A stretch of DNA of 50,342 bases. It comes from Bacteroidales bacterium. GTDB taxonomy: Bacteria > Bacteroidota > Bacteroidia > Bacteroidales > UBA932. Shown one piece after another: positions 29,979-40,449 of the stretch. Location of the stretch: contig JAILCZ010000152.1 of assembly GCA_024689985.1 (NCBI GenBank), positions 1 to 50,342 on the forward strand, read 5' to 3'. A program made the position numbers and the translations under genes. Below the pieces are notes generated by a model. The model made no database searches. It had not been told where the DNA came from and saw only the letters and a list, made by a program, of their open reading frames with translations. The first letter of the stretch is position 1. Every line of letters begins with the position of its first letter.

Positions 29979-30908
29979 ATGCAAATCGGTTACCCTGGAG
30001 AATTTTGGAAAGACTATGAATTGATTGATTCCGGACGAGGAGAAAAACTCGAACGCTTCGGAGGCTATGTGCTGGCCCGTCCCGAGCCTAAGGCAATCTG
30101 GGACAAGACCCTCTCCGAAACTGAATGGAACAAATTGATTCACACCCGCTTCACACCCGGCGCAGGCTTCGCGAAAGCCGGCAAGGAAGACAGCGGAACC
30201 TGGAACCGTCTCAAAAAGATGGACGACCAGTGGTACATCAGATACAGTGGAGCCCAGAAGGGTCTGGATTTCTCTCTCAGACTCGGTCTCACCTCGTTCA
30301 AGCACGTGGGAGTCTTCCCAGAGCAGGCGGACAACTGGGAATACATCTTCAGGAACACATCCGAACTCGTGGCGAAAGCCAAGGAGGAAGGCCGCCCGGC
30401 CCCTAAGGTTCTCAACCTCTTCGCATACACCGGAGCCGCATCCCTTGCGGCGAAATGCGCCGGCGCAGACGTAACCCACCTGGATTCAGTCCGCCAGGTA
30501 ATCACCTGGGCAAGGGGAAATATGGAAAACAGCCGTATGGACGGCATCCGCTGGGTCCTCGAGGACGCGATGAAATTCGCCAGACGCGAGGCAAAGAGAG
30601 GAAACGTATATCAGGGAATAATCCTCGACCCTCCTGCATACGGCCACGGCCCGGACGGTGAAAAGTGGAAGCTGGACGAATGCCTCTTCGATATGATGAA
30701 GTGCGTATCTTCCATCCTTGCCCCTGAGAACAGCTTTATGGTCCTCAATCTCTATTCAAACGGATTTTCAGCAGCCCTCGGCGAGACCGTGGTCCGCGAA
30801 GCCTTCCGTCTGAAGGACGGGGTGAAAATGGAAAGCGGGGAACTTGCCCTCCGCGACCGGTCCGGCAAAGTTCTCCCGCTCAGTATATTCGTAAGACTCA
30901 GACGCTAG
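29979..30908 (+). CDS. Class I SAM-dependent RNA methyltransferase (RlmI/RlmK-like)
   Basis: Start MQIGYP; DYELIDSG..EKLERFG, HVGVFPEQ, VLNLFAYTG, ILDPPAYG. Confidence 0.85.
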   Translation: MQIGYPGEFWKDYELIDSGRGEKLERFGGYVLARPEPKAIWDKTLSETEWNKLIHTRFTPGAGFAKAGKEDSGTWNRLKKMDDQWYIRYSGAQKGLDFSLRLGLTSFKHVGVFPEQADNWEYIFRNTSELVAKAKEEGRPAPKVLNLFAYTGAASLAAKCAGADVTHLDSVRQVITWARGNMENSRMDGIRWVLEDAMKFARREAKRGNVYQGIILDPPAYGHGPDGEKWKLDECLFDMMKCVSSILAPENSFMVLNLYSNGFSAALGETVVREAFRLKDGVKMESGELALRDRSGKVLPLSIFVRLRR

Positions 30909-33900
30909 GCGGCGTCCTCAGGAGTCCCCAGAATCATATCCATCGCAGCCATAAGTTTGTCTGCGAGTTCCTTGTCTCCACCCTTGACGAGTTCTTCGTT
31001 CAGATAGTAGAGATAATTGCATACCATCTCGAAGTCAGTCTTGGCATAATCGTAATACTCAAGATAGAATCTCGCAGAGGTAAGAAGTTCGTTTCCGAAT
31101 GTAGTGGCAATCTCGGCCGCCTTCTCCTTCTGTCCGAGGGAGTAGTAGAGAGACACCATCTGCACTACCATATAATCATTGGTGGTGAATCCGATAGGAA
31201 TCGTGTCGTAAGGATACATCTCCTCCTTGAACACCCTCTGGCACTTGTCCAGCATCTCGAGGGCCCAGTCTTCGTGGCCTGCCTTGATGAAGGCGTATGC
31301 GCACTGTACGAAGAGACCTCTCTGTGACATCACGCCCATATGGGTGTACATATTCTGGTAGTCTGCGAAGTAGTCGTCGCGGCTCATCGCATCCCACTTA
31401 TATATATTGGTCATAAGGTCGTAGAGATGATCCACGTCCACGATGCCCGGGTCAGTCGAAGAAATCTTGTTCTTTATAGGAACGAACTTGTATGAGTATC
31501 CCTCATACATAAGATAGTCCTTGATACCGATGTTGATGTCTCCGCCCTGGTTGAGAAGGTTGAGCGGACGGTCCCACTGGTAATTCGAGAGCAGGTCGAG
31601 AAGGAAGAGCTCAGGCTTGGTCACATAAGACTTTCCTTCAGGAATCTCGAGGACGATCTCGTCCGGAATCGAATCCTTCATTGATTCAGGAAGGATGCCG
31701 TACTTTATGACATTCTCCTTGTTCACAGGAACGGAGAATTTCCTCGACACGATGTAGTCCACCTTCTTTCCGCTGGTCAGGGCGACCTTCGCGTCAGGAT
31801 GCTTGAACACCGTCATCACGTCCGAGATAGGCACGACCTGGTTCCTGGTATCGTTGATGAAGATCCACTCGTTGTTGCCGTAGAGATACTGGTCCTGACC
31901 TACGGTAAGGTCGAGAGGCTTGGACTTGTTGACGGCATATTTCATCTGGTCGATGTGCCAGTCCGTTCCGAGCAGGGACGTATTGGCGATACGCACGTCA
32001 GTACGGCAGTTCTCCACCTCCTGTGCGTACCAGAGAGGGAAGGTATCATTGTCTCCGTGGGTCACGAGGATGCCGTTCGGACCGACCGAATTGAGATAGT
32101 TCTTGGCCATCTCCACGGCCGTGTAACGGTTGCTTCTGTCGTGGTCGTCCCAGTTCTCCTCAGCCATAAGTACAGGAACTGCGCAGCCGAGAAGGGATAC
32201 CGTCGTAGCCAGGACAGCAGCTCCCTTGCCCTTGAGCCTGTCATTGATAATCGTGTATAGCGCAGCCACGCCGAGGCCTATCCACACCGCAAAGAAGTAG
32301 AATGAGCCGGCATAGGCATAGTCACGCTCGCGAACCTGATAAGGAGGCTGATTGAGGTATAGCACGATGGCTATACCAGTCATAAAGAACATCAGGAAAT
32401 TCAGCCAGCATCCTCTCTTGTCCCTTTCGAACTGGAAGAACAGACCGAGGAGGCCGAGGATGAGAGGAAGCATATAATAATGGTTCTTTCCCTTGTTGTC
32501 CTTCAGGATTGAAGGAGCGTCGCTCTGGTCTCCGAGGATCAGGTTGTCGATGAAAGGAATTCCGGACTCCCAGTTGCCCAGGAAGATGTCGCCCGGAGTC
32601 GGGCTGTGTATCTCGTTCTGGCGACCGGCGAAATTCCAGAGGAAGTATCTCCAGTACATCCAGTTGAGCTGATAGTCGAAGAAGAAGCGCATATTGGCTC
32701 CGAAGGTAGGCATCGGCTTTCCGCCTTCAGCTCCTGGAACCATCCTTCCCTTGCCCTTGGTGTAGGTCTCATAGAATCTGATGGCTCTTGCATCCGAGTT
32801 CCACATCCTAGGGAAGAGCATCTTGCCTTCAGGACGGTATTTTGCATCGGCAGGGCCGTCCACGTTCTTGTATTTTCCGCCAAGAGGAGCCCAGTATGTA
32901 GACTGCTTGATGTCGTATGGCGCCGCGAAATACTGGCCGTAGAGAAGAGGCGTGCTGCCGTACTGCTCACGGGAGAGATAGCGGACGAGGGTGAAGGCGT
33001 TGTCCGGCTGGTACTCGTTGGTAGGAGTCTTCACCGAAGAACGGATGATTTCGATAGAGAATACGGAGAAGCCCACCACGATGGTAGTGAAGCAGACGAG
33101 GACCGTATTCCAGAACACCTTGCTTTCCTTTGCCGTTTTGTAGATGCCCCAGAAGCAGGCAGCAAGAAGGGCTACGAGGAAGAAGGCGGCTCCTGTGTTG
33201 TACGGCAGACCGAGGACGTTCACGAAGAAGAGGTCGAAGTAAGCCGCGAACTTAGGGAGATATGGTATGATTCCGAAGAGGATCAGCGCGAGGATGACCA
33301 CCGAAATCAGGAAGATCTTGACATACTGCTTGAATCCGTAGTGACCCGTCTCGTTCTTTCGGTAGTAGAACATAAAGACGAGGGCAGGGATTGCGAGGAG
33401 GTTCAGCAGGTGAATACCGATTGAAAGGCCCATCACGAAGGAAATGAGCACGATCCAGCGGTTTGCATAAGGCGTGTCAGCCTGCTCGTACCACTTCGTC
33501 ATCGCCCAGATGACAACTGCAGTGACGAACGAAGACATCGCATAGACCTCAGCCTCGACTGCCGAGAACCAGAAGGTGTCGGAGAAGGCGTAAGCCAGGG
33601 AACCGACGACGCCGGACCCGATTATCGCTATGCTTTCACCGAGGGAATAGGTTCCATCCTCCTTTGCACGGAAGAGTCTCTTCACGAAGAAGATGACCGT
33701 GAGGTAAAGGAAGAAGATGGTCAGTGCCGACAGCAGGGCGCTCATCGCGTTGACTGCCACGGATGCATTCAGATTGGCCGGAGCGTCAGGGTTGGTCATA
33801 TCACCGCCTGTTACGGCCGTAAACATACGGGCGACGAGCTGGAAGACAGGGTTTCCCGGTGGGTGGCCGACCTCAAGTTTGTATGATGACGCTATAAACT

Positions 33901-34018
33901 CTCCACAGTCCCAGAATGAAGCAGAGGGCTCAATGGTAGAGAGATATGTGAACGCAGAAATGACGAAAACTACCGTCGCCGCGATTCTGTTCCACAATCC
34001 AAATTTCTTTTTATTCAT
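30905..34018 (-). CDS. DUF2723 / TMEM260-like GT-C membrane glycosyltransferase
   Basis: SFWDCGEFI, GHPPG, FWFSAVEAEVY, RERDY, GDNDTFPLWY; start reassigned to MNKKKF. Confidence 0.88.
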   Translation of the reverse strand: MNKKKFGLWNRIAATVVFVISAFTYLSTIEPSASFWDCGEFIASSYKLEVGHPPGNPVFQLVARMFTAVTGGDMTNPDAPANLNASVAVNAMSALLSALTIFFLYLTVIFFVKRLFRAKEDGTYSLGESIAIIGSGVVGSLAYAFSDTFWFSAVEAEVYAMSSFVTAVVIWAMTKWYEQADTPYANRWIVLISFVMGLSIGIHLLNLLAIPALVFMFYYRKNETGHYGFKQYVKIFLISVVILALILFGIIPYLPKFAAYFDLFFVNVLGLPYNTGAAFFLVALLAACFWGIYKTAKESKVFWNTVLVCFTTIVVGFSVFSIEIIRSSVKTPTNEYQPDNAFTLVRYLSREQYGSTPLLYGQYFAAPYDIKQSTYWAPLGGKYKNVDGPADAKYRPEGKMLFPRMWNSDARAIRFYETYTKGKGRMVPGAEGGKPMPTFGANMRFFFDYQLNWMYWRYFLWNFAGRQNEIHSPTPGDIFLGNWESGIPFIDNLILGDQSDAPSILKDNKGKNHYYMLPLILGLLGLFFQFERDKRGCWLNFLMFFMTGIAIVLYLNQPPYQVRERDYAYAGSFYFFAVWIGLGVAALYTIINDRLKGKGAAVLATTVSLLGCAVPVLMAEENWDDHDRSNRYTAVEMAKNYLNSVGPNGILVTHGDNDTFPLWYAQEVENCRTDVRIANTSLLGTDWHIDQMKYAVNKSKPLDLTVGQDQYLYGNNEWIFINDTRNQVVPISDVMTVFKHPDAKVALTSGKKVDYIVSRKFSVPVNKENVIKYGILPESMKDSIPDEIVLEIPEGKSYVTKPELFLLDLLSNYQWDRPLNLLNQGGDINIGIKDYLMYEGYSYKFVPIKNKISSTDPGIVDVDHLYDLMTNIYKWDAMSRDDYFADYQNMYTHMGVMSQRGLFVQCAYAFIKAGHEDWALEMLDKCQRVFKEEMYPYDTIPIGFTTNDYMVVQMVSLYYSLGQKEKAAEIATTFGNELLTSARFYLEYYDYAKTDFEMVCNYLYYLNEELVKGGDKELADKLMAAMDMILGTPEDAA

Positions 34019-34082
34019 CGTAAAATTGTTTGCCCAAAGATACAAAAGGTTTCCTTATCTTTGCAAAAACTATACCTTGAAT

Positions 34083-34427
34083 ATGGCAGACAACGACTGG
34101 AAGAAGCGTCTGGGAGTCGTTTTTTCGACCAATCCGGACTTCCAATATACGAACGAAGACGAACCCGAGGAGCAGACTCCCGAACCGTCAAAACAGCGCC
34201 TCATCGTAAGGATCGACAGAAGCGGCCGCGGCGGCAAGCAGGTCACCCTCGTCGAGGGCTTCAAAGGCAGTTCCGACGACCTGAAGGAGCTGGGACGCAG
34301 CCTCAAAGTGAAATGCGGAGTCGGCGGTTCCGTTTCCGACGGCCAGATCATAATCCAGGGCGACCTCCGCGACAAGGTCACCAACCTTCTTACCCAAATG
34401 GGATACAATGCTAAACGAGGCAACTGA
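34083..34427 (+). CDS. yciH: Translation initiation factor SUI1/YciH
   Basis: MADNDWKKRLGVVFSTNPDF, RGGKQVT, LKVKCGVGGS, IIQGD. Confidence 0.92.
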   Translation: MADNDWKKRLGVVFSTNPDFQYTNEDEPEEQTPEPSKQRLIVRIDRSGRGGKQVTLVEGFKGSSDDLKELGRSLKVKCGVGGSVSDGQIIIQGDLRDKVTNLLTQMGYNAKRGN

Positions 34428-35142
34428 AATACTCCCGGTTGACGAGGCCCTCAGAAGCGGCTACATCGTTCTCGACCAGGCGATCGGTGAACCCACGCGC
34501 TACAGCGTCTGGGGCAGCGACCCGTTTATGGAGGTGCTCATCGTGGCCGCCACGATATTCACCCTGCTGAACATCCGCAACCTCATCACCATCTTTCCTC
34601 TGCTGATAGAGAGCCTCATCCACTGGCGCGGCTGCCTCAACATCGAGTCTTCGGTGAGGACCATACGTGCCCGCGACATAGTCGGAGCCAGCCTCATACT
34701 CCCCTTCTGCCTTCTCTGCGACTACTTCGACATCCTGACGCCGTCATTCAAGGAGGGACTTTCCGCGTCGCTGTCCATACTCGTCACAATAGGCCTCTTC
34801 CTGCTCTGGCTGATAGTCCGCATCCTGATGACATACATCATCCAGCCATCCCGTCGCACACGCGACACCTGGACCAGCGCAGCCAACTCCCCGAACAGTT
34901 TCTTCATCCTCGCTACCCTCGCCATCTTCATCGCCAGCAGCGTGATGCACCTGACCGGCTACGACGACTACCTGATCCATAAGGCTATCATCATCATAAT
35001 CACCTTCTTCTATGCAGTTTCCATTATCCGCAAAGCGCAGATTTTGGGGTCTGCTTATGGGGGTTTGTCAATTATTTTGTACCTTTGTGCCCTTGAAATT
35101 TTACCAACAGGATTGCTACTTGCTGCTTGCACCCTGCTGTAG
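34408..35142 (+). CDS. DUF4271-like membrane protein
   Basis: Multiple TM helices; C-terminal ILYLCALEILP; usual position upstream of hemD. Confidence 0.75.
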   Translation: MLNEATEILPVDEALRSGYIVLDQAIGEPTRYSVWGSDPFMEVLIVAATIFTLLNIRNLITIFPLLIESLIHWRGCLNIESSVRTIRARDIVGASLILPFCLLCDYFDILTPSFKEGLSASLSILVTIGLFLLWLIVRILMTYIIQPSRRTRDTWTSAANSPNSFFILATLAIFIASSVMHLTGYDDYLIHKAIIIIITFFYAVSIIRKAQILGSAYGGLSIILYLCALEILPTGLLLAACTLL

Positions 35143-35159
35143 AAGTTTAATGAAAGGAA

Positions 35160-35903
35160 ATGAATACGAACAAAATTCTGATTTCACAGCAAGCGCCCCT
35201 TAATATCGCGCCCTACACAGCCCTATCAGAGAAATTCGGCGTAAACATCGATTTCCGCCCTTTCTTTCTGATTGAACCGTTAAGTTCAAAAGAATTCAGA
35301 GCACAGAGAGTCAATATTCCTGACTACACTGCCGTTGTGTTCTCGTCCCGTCACGCCATTGACGCCTATTTCAAGCTCTGCGAAGAAATTCGCTTCAAGG
35401 TTCCGGAGACGATGAAGTACTTCTGTACTACGGAAGCAGTGGCAATGTATCTTCAGAAACATATAGTATTCAGAAAGAGAAAGATTTTCTTCGGAAACGG
35501 AACTCCTGATTCGATCATCGAACTCATCGGAGCGAAGCACAAGGACGAAAACTTCCTCATAACAACTGCAGACACGGCAAACAACGCCTACATCGACGGC
35601 ATCTTCACCAAGGCCGGACTCAAGCACACCGTTGCGATGTTCGTAAAGTCCGTCCCACAGGACCTCAAGGACCTCAACCTCAAGGACTACGGAATGGTTG
35701 TCTTCTACAACCCTCACGACGTGGAATCCCTCCAGGTAAATTTCCCTGACTTCAAGCAGGGCGACCTCCTCTTCACCTCATACGGCAAGGGAGTCGTCAA
35801 GGCTATGGAAGGAGCAGGACTTTCAATCTCCATCCAGGCACCTACACCAGAAGCACCGTCTGTTGCTAAAGCGCTCGAGCTGTTCCTCTCAAAGAACAAG
35901 TAG
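35160..35903 (+). CDS. hemD: Uroporphyrinogen-III synthase-like protein (Bacteroidetes HemD)
   Basis: ILISQ, IDFRPF, MKYFC..EAVAMYLQKHIVFRKRKIFFG, APTPEAPS. Confidence 0.85.
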   Translation: MNTNKILISQQAPLNIAPYTALSEKFGVNIDFRPFFLIEPLSSKEFRAQRVNIPDYTAVVFSSRHAIDAYFKLCEEIRFKVPETMKYFCTTEAVAMYLQKHIVFRKRKIFFGNGTPDSIIELIGAKHKDENFLITTADTANNAYIDGIFTKAGLKHTVAMFVKSVPQDLKDLNLKDYGMVVFYNPHDVESLQVNFPDFKQGDLLFTSYGKGVVKAMEGAGLSISIQAPTPEAPSVAKALELFLSKNK

Positions 35904-35909
35904 CAGCCT

Positions 35910-36266
35910 ATGGCTCAGACCTTTCCAAAGGCAGAACATCTATCGGGAACGACTGGTATCGGAAGACTCCTCAAAGAAGGAAAATGGGGCGGTCTTCAGG
36001 ACCTCAAATACTGCGTGGTCAAGGACAATGGCCTCGAGTATTCCCGTTTTATGGTGTCCGTCCCGAAGAAATTCTTCAAGAGAGCCGTAAAGCGCAACCT
36101 TCTCAAACGCCGCATCCGCGAAGCATACCGCCTCCAGAAGTCCATCCTCCCGCAGGGCAAGGGTATGGACATAATGGTCGTGTACAATTCCAAGGAGGTA
36201 CTCTCCTCGGCTGAGCTCTTCTCCCGTATGGAGACCATCCTCAGCCGTCTCAGCCAGGGCGAATAA
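35910..36266 (+). CDS. rnpA: RNase P protein component
   Basis: [33 protein letters not shown]. Confidence 0.95.
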   Translation: MAQTFPKAEHLSGTTGIGRLLKEGKWGGLQDLKYCVVKDNGLEYSRFMVSVPKKFFKRAVKRNLLKRRIREAYRLQKSILPQGKGMDIMVVYNSKEVLSSAELFSRMETILSRLSQGE

Positions 36267-36268
36267 TT

Positions 36269-36517
36269 ATGGACAAGGGCAAGGACATCCTCAAGAGGAT
36301 CACCAGTTTTCCGCTGGTCCTGCTGGTTCTGTTCTACAGGACCTGCATCTCCCCTTTCAAACCGCCAAGCTGCCGCTTCGTGCCTACCTGTTCCGAATAC
36401 GCCCTACAGGCCCTCCGCAAATACGGCCCGATCAAGGGCACATACCTCGCCGTCAAGCGGATTCTCCGCTGCCATCCAGGTCCCGGCGGCGGTTCAGGCT
36501 ATGATCCAGTTCCATAA
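36269..36517 (+). CDS. yidD: Membrane protein insertion efficiency factor
   Basis: [23 protein letters not shown]. Confidence 0.95.
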   Translation: MDKGKDILKRITSFPLVLLVLFYRTCISPFKPPSCRFVPTCSEYALQALRKYGPIKGTYLAVKRILRCHPGPGGGSGYDPVP

Positions 36518-36528
36518 ACTATAGGAAT

Positions 36529-37152
36529 ATGTCAATCGACATCATCACAATTTTTGATTTCGTGGGAACGTTCGCTTTCGCAATAAGCGGACTCAGGCTC
36601 GCTGCGGCCAAGCATTTCGACCTCTTCGGAGCCTTCGTCGTAGGTTTCATAACGGCCGTGGGAGGCGGCACGCTCAGGGACGTCCTCCTCGACCTTCCTC
36701 CATTCTGGATGCAGACTCCGACCTATGTGTCCATCACCGGCCTGGCCCTGCTCTTCGTCATCATCTTCAAGAAGCAAACGGTCAAGATTGACAACACCTT
36801 CTTCGTCTTCGACGCGATCGGCCTCGGCCTCTTCGCTATCGTCGGAATTGAAAAAAGCCTCAGCGTCGGCTATCCGGCCTGGGTCGCAATCATAATGGGA
36901 TGCATCACGGGTGCCTTCGGAGGTATTCTCCGCGACACCTTCATCAACGAAGAGCCCCTCCTCTTCAGAAGGGACATCTACGCTATGGCCTGCATAGCCG
37001 GCGGCATCCTCTTCTTCGTCCTCAGGAACATAGGAATATCGGAAGGCTTCTGCCAGATCGGAGCAGCCGTATCCATCTTCCTCACCAGAATCCTTTGCGT
37101 GCACTTCGGAGTAAACCTCCCTCTGCTCACCCAGGACAAAAACAAAGACTGA
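36529..37152 (+). CDS. TRIC/UPF0126 membrane protein
   Basis: GTFAFAISG, TAVGGGTLRD, DAIGLGLF, GAFGGILRD. Confidence 0.9.
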   Translation: MSIDIITIFDFVGTFAFAISGLRLAAAKHFDLFGAFVVGFITAVGGGTLRDVLLDLPPFWMQTPTYVSITGLALLFVIIFKKQTVKIDNTFFVFDAIGLGLFAIVGIEKSLSVGYPAWVAIIMGCITGAFGGILRDTFINEEPLLFRRDIYAMACIAGGILFFVLRNIGISEGFCQIGAAVSIFLTRILCVHFGVNLPLLTQDKNKD

Positions 37153-37154
37153 AA

Positions 37155-37745
37155 ATGAAAGACACCCTTCTTCACGCCTGCTGCGCTCCCTGCTCCTCGG
37201 CCATCCTCGAAAAGATGGACAAGGACGGCATCGAGCCCGTCATATTCTTCAGCAACTCCAACATCGTACCCAAGGAAGAGTACGACAAGCGTCTTGCCGA
37301 GCTCTACAGATACGCTGCCCGCTACGGCTTCGAAGTCGTTGAGGACGAGTATGACCACGAGGCCTGGAGAAAAGCGGTGAAGGGCCTGGAAAACGAGCCT
37401 GAAAGAGGAGCCAGATGCCTTCAGTGCTTCAAATTCCGCCTTGAAAGGGCTGCCGAATTCGCCAGGAAGCGCGGACTCGGAAGGCTCACGACGACCCTCG
37501 CCTCATCCAGATGGAAGAGACTTGACCAGGTTGACGAGGCAGGAGAAGAGGCCTGCAGCCAGAATGAAGGCGTACAGTGGTGGTCGGTAAACTGGAGAAA
37601 GGGCGGACTTCAGGAAAGACGCAACGCCCTCATAAAGGAGCTTGGATTCTACAACCAGCTCTACTGTGGCTGCGAATTCTCGCTAAGACCTGCTGCGGAC
37701 AGGCACTCCGATGATGATGGTCAGAGTAGCGATGGCGCCAAGTAA
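37155..37745 (+). CDS. queH: Epoxyqueuosine reductase
   Basis: Start MKDTLLHACCAPCS; EPERGARCLQCFKFRL; YNQLYCGCEFS; tail overlaps the NhaC 3' end by 63 nt. Confidence 0.92.
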   Translation: MKDTLLHACCAPCSSAILEKMDKDGIEPVIFFSNSNIVPKEEYDKRLAELYRYAARYGFEVVEDEYDHEAWRKAVKGLENEPERGARCLQCFKFRLERAAEFARKRGLGRLTTTLASSRWKRLDQVDEAGEEACSQNEGVQWWSVNWRKGGLQERRNALIKELGFYNQLYCGCEFSLRPAADRHSDDDGQSSDGAK

Positions 37746-38948
37746 GAACGGATAACAGAGATTTGCCGCAATCGAAAGTGCGGACACGCCAGCAAGGCCG
37801 GAGGCCATCAGAAGCTGGGCTCCGTAAGGGATGATGCTCTGTACAAAGCAGGAGAATGTGTCCATAAGGGAAGCAGTGCGGCGCGGATCTATGCCAAACT
37901 TGGTGGAAATGTCCTTTGCGATTCCGCCGGCAGTGATTATGGCTATGGTATTGTTTGCCGTACAGAGGTTCGACAGGCAGACAAGGCCGGCAATAGTAGC
38001 CTCAGCGGCACGGCGTGACGAGATTCTTTTCGTCAGGATGCGCACCAGATAATCAATTCCTCCGTTGTGACGGATGACCGAAAGCACTCCTGAAGCCAGG
38101 AGGGTCACGATGATCAGCTCCATCATACCAGTAATTCCGCTTCCGATGGCCGAAAGCAGATCCACCCAGGAAAGGGAGCCAAGCACGAGGCCGAGCAAAG
38201 AATTGAATACCAGGCCGATGAGCAGCACCAGCATCACATTCACGCCCGAGAGGGCAAGGCCGATTATCAGCACATATGGCAGGACCAGAATCCACTGCGG
38301 GTCCTCAATCTGAGGAACAGACTCAACCTGCATTCCAAGCATCACATAAATCGCGAGGGCAATTATGGCAGCGGGAAGCGCCAGGCGGATATTCATCTTG
38401 AACTTGTCCGACATATTGCAGCCCTGGCTCTTCGTGGAGGCAATCGTAGTGTCCGAAATGAAGGAGAGATTGTCTCCGAAGAAGGCTCCGCCGACGATGA
38501 TGGCGGTGACCATAGAAATGCTGATGTCCGTTTCCGAGGCGATACCGGCGGCAATCGGGACGAGGGCGACGATGGTGCCTACAGAAGTGCCGATGGCCAT
38601 CGAGACGAAGCAGGAGGCCAGGAAAAGGCCGGCGAAGATGAGTTTGCCCGGGATTATCATCAGGGTGGCGTTGACGGTGGCGTCAATCGAGCCGATGGAC
38701 TTTGCCGTGGACGCGAATGCGCCCGCGAGGATGAAGATCCAGACCATCATCATCACGTTCTTGTCGCTCACGCCTTCGGAGAAGACTCCAACCTTCTTCT
38801 CGATTGTGTCCTCCTTGCAGATTATGACGGCATAGATGGCGGCAATGAGGAATGCTGCAGTTACAGGAACCTTATAGAAATCCCCTGCGATCAGGGATGA
38901 AACAAGATACACTACAAGGAAAACTATAATCGGACTGACTGCAAACAT
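37683..38948 (-). CDS. NhaC-family transporter
   Basis: SMAIGTSVGT, GAFFGDNLSFISDTTI, IIPYGAQLL. Confidence 0.9.
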   Translation of the reverse strand: MFAVSPIIVFLVVYLVSSLIAGDFYKVPVTAAFLIAAIYAVIICKEDTIEKKVGVFSEGVSDKNVMMMVWIFILAGAFASTAKSIGSIDATVNATLMIIPGKLIFAGLFLASCFVSMAIGTSVGTIVALVPIAAGIASETDISISMVTAIIVGGAFFGDNLSFISDTTIASTKSQGCNMSDKFKMNIRLALPAAIIALAIYVMLGMQVESVPQIEDPQWILVLPYVLIIGLALSGVNVMLVLLIGLVFNSLLGLVLGSLSWVDLLSAIGSGITGMMELIIVTLLASGVLSVIRHNGGIDYLVRILTKRISSRRAAEATIAGLVCLSNLCTANNTIAIITAGGIAKDISTKFGIDPRRTASLMDTFSCFVQSIIPYGAQLLMASGLAGVSALSIAANLCYPFLLGAIATLTIIIGVPVRSRS

Positions 38949-38953
38949 TCTTA

Positions 38954-39556
38954 TTATTCTACTGAATTCATATCAATGAGATTGTTGAGCAGGGCATATA
39001 CGGTAAGACCTGCGACGGTCTTGATGCCCGTCTTTCTCGTGATATTCTTTCTATGGGTGATTACTGTGTAAATTGAAATATTGTACTCGTCCGCAATCTC
39101 CTTGTTGAGCATACCCTTGGCGACACAGACAAGAATTTCCTTCTCCCTGATGGAGAGTTCGTTACCCTCGGCCTTCGGAGCCTCGGCACGTGCGTCGAGG
39201 GCAGAGCGCATCTTGCGGATGATTACGGTCGGGATGTCATAGATGCTCACGACCTCATCGAACTGCTTGAGAATTTCCTCCCCCATCGCGATCGTCTCAA
39301 TTGCTATCACGGGAGCATCCGTAAACTCTCCCATAAGAGCTCTGGCATTTTTTCTGGAATCATAGTCGAACACCTGAGGGTCTATGATGACTATGTCCAC
39401 GTCCATATTCTTCAGTCGCGTCTCGCTGCTTCGGGTCAGGTCGGACAGGATACCGCAGACCTTGAATTCGCCAAGGTCCGAAAGGATGCTGTCCAGGCCC
39501 TTCGCAACCATCAGCGAAGGCACTATGAGAAGGACATTTTTCTTACTGTCGGCCAT
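38954..39556 (-). CDS. LuxR-type HTH regulator (CdhR/PG1237-like)
   Basis: C-terminal LSIREKEILVCVAKGMLNKEIADEYNISIYTVITHRKNITRKTGIK; degenerate receiver-like N-terminus; overlaps the hemerythrin-like gene. Confidence 0.9.
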   Translation of the reverse strand: MADSKKNVLLIVPSLMVAKGLDSILSDLGEFKVCGILSDLTRSSETRLKNMDVDIVIIDPQVFDYDSRKNARALMGEFTDAPVIAIETIAMGEEILKQFDEVVSIYDIPTVIIRKMRSALDARAEAPKAEGNELSIREKEILVCVAKGMLNKEIADEYNISIYTVITHRKNITRKTGIKTVAGLTVYALLNNLIDMNSVE

Positions 39557-40262
39557 TTTCTTCGATTCTGGTAACTATTGGAACAAGGATATTGTCCTCG
39601 ATTCTGGTATGCTTCACGAGGTCGATGTCAAGACGGTAGATCGCAATAAGGAGACGATTCCTGAGGGCATCGCTGCACTCTGCAGGAAGATACTTCATAA
39701 TTATGTTCTTGAGGTCGTTGAGAGCCTCGCTGATATTGCTGTGATTGTCCTCGAACTGGGCAATTGAGAATCCCTTGCGGTCCTCTCCGCGGAGGAGGGA
39801 TGCGACATAAGGGAAAACGACCTTCTCTTCATATCCGAAGTGATTGTCCAGCTCAGCCTTGTAATCATTAAAGAATTTCCAGATCACGGCCTGCTGCTTC
39901 TCTCCGCAAGGCTCAAGGAGCTTGCAGATATCCTCCTGCATCGCAATTACCGCATCCTCGAGATAATATGAGTGCGAATTGTGAAGATATTTGATGATGT
40001 CCGTTGGGTTGCCTTCCGAAAGGGCAGCTCCCGAAGGAACATAATCATCGAAGGTATAGACGTTGCACACCAGCAGAAGTGTCGCCACGTCAACGTCTGA
40101 CTTGGCGCAGGCGTCGGCGACGGTATGGTCGCTAAGTGACACGCTCACACCCAGTCTGGAGAGAATTGGAAGCAGATGATAGTTGAGGTCAATGAGGTCT
40201 GCAAGCCTCATCTGCTCCGAAAATAGAACGTCTCTCTGGATTGTCTTTTTTAAAGTTGTCAT
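39543..40262 (-). CDS. Hemerythrin/Ric-like di-iron domain protein (PG1236-like)
   Basis: YLHNSHSYY, HFGYEEKVVFPY, H..IEDNILVP; ScdA-like N-terminus. Confidence 0.85.
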   Translation of the reverse strand: MTTLKKTIQRDVLFSEQMRLADLIDLNYHLLPILSRLGVSVSLSDHTVADACAKSDVDVATLLLVCNVYTFDDYVPSGAALSEGNPTDIIKYLHNSHSYYLEDAVIAMQEDICKLLEPCGEKQQAVIWKFFNDYKAELDNHFGYEEKVVFPYVASLLRGEDRKGFSIAQFEDNHSNISEALNDLKNIIMKYLPAECSDALRNRLLIAIYRLDIDLVKHTRIEDNILVPIVTRIEENGRQ

Positions 40263-40303
40263 AATTACTGTTGAGTAGGGATTTCAAAGATACAATTTTT
40301 CTT

Positions 40304-40340
40304 AAAACAAAAGGAGGCCACCTTCACAGGCAGCCCTCCT
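40304..40340 (-). terminator. Intrinsic terminator
   Basis: Minus RNA AGGAGGGCUGCC-UGUGAA-GGUGGCCUCCU-UUUGUUUU. Confidence 0.85.
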
Positions 40341-40414
40341 CGGAACAATTAAAAGGATCTAAACTTTCATTTTATTATAGCCTTTACAAACTATATGGCT
40401 TCAATCTCAATCTA
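40304..40414 (-). ncRNA. Candidate ~110-nt small RNA
   Basis: Own -7 element TATCTTTG (40427-40420), upstream operator-like box and strong terminator; no meaningful ORF between them. Confidence 0.6.
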
Positions 40415-40449
40415 TGTTGCAAAGATATGGGTAGAACGGATGCCAGTCA

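Noticed and set aside
16012-37745. Convergent 3' overlaps (smpB/trmB 29 nt, queH/nhaC 63 nt) as regulatory systems
   Set aside because: Short non-conserved-looking tails that are common in compact genomes; no further evidence.
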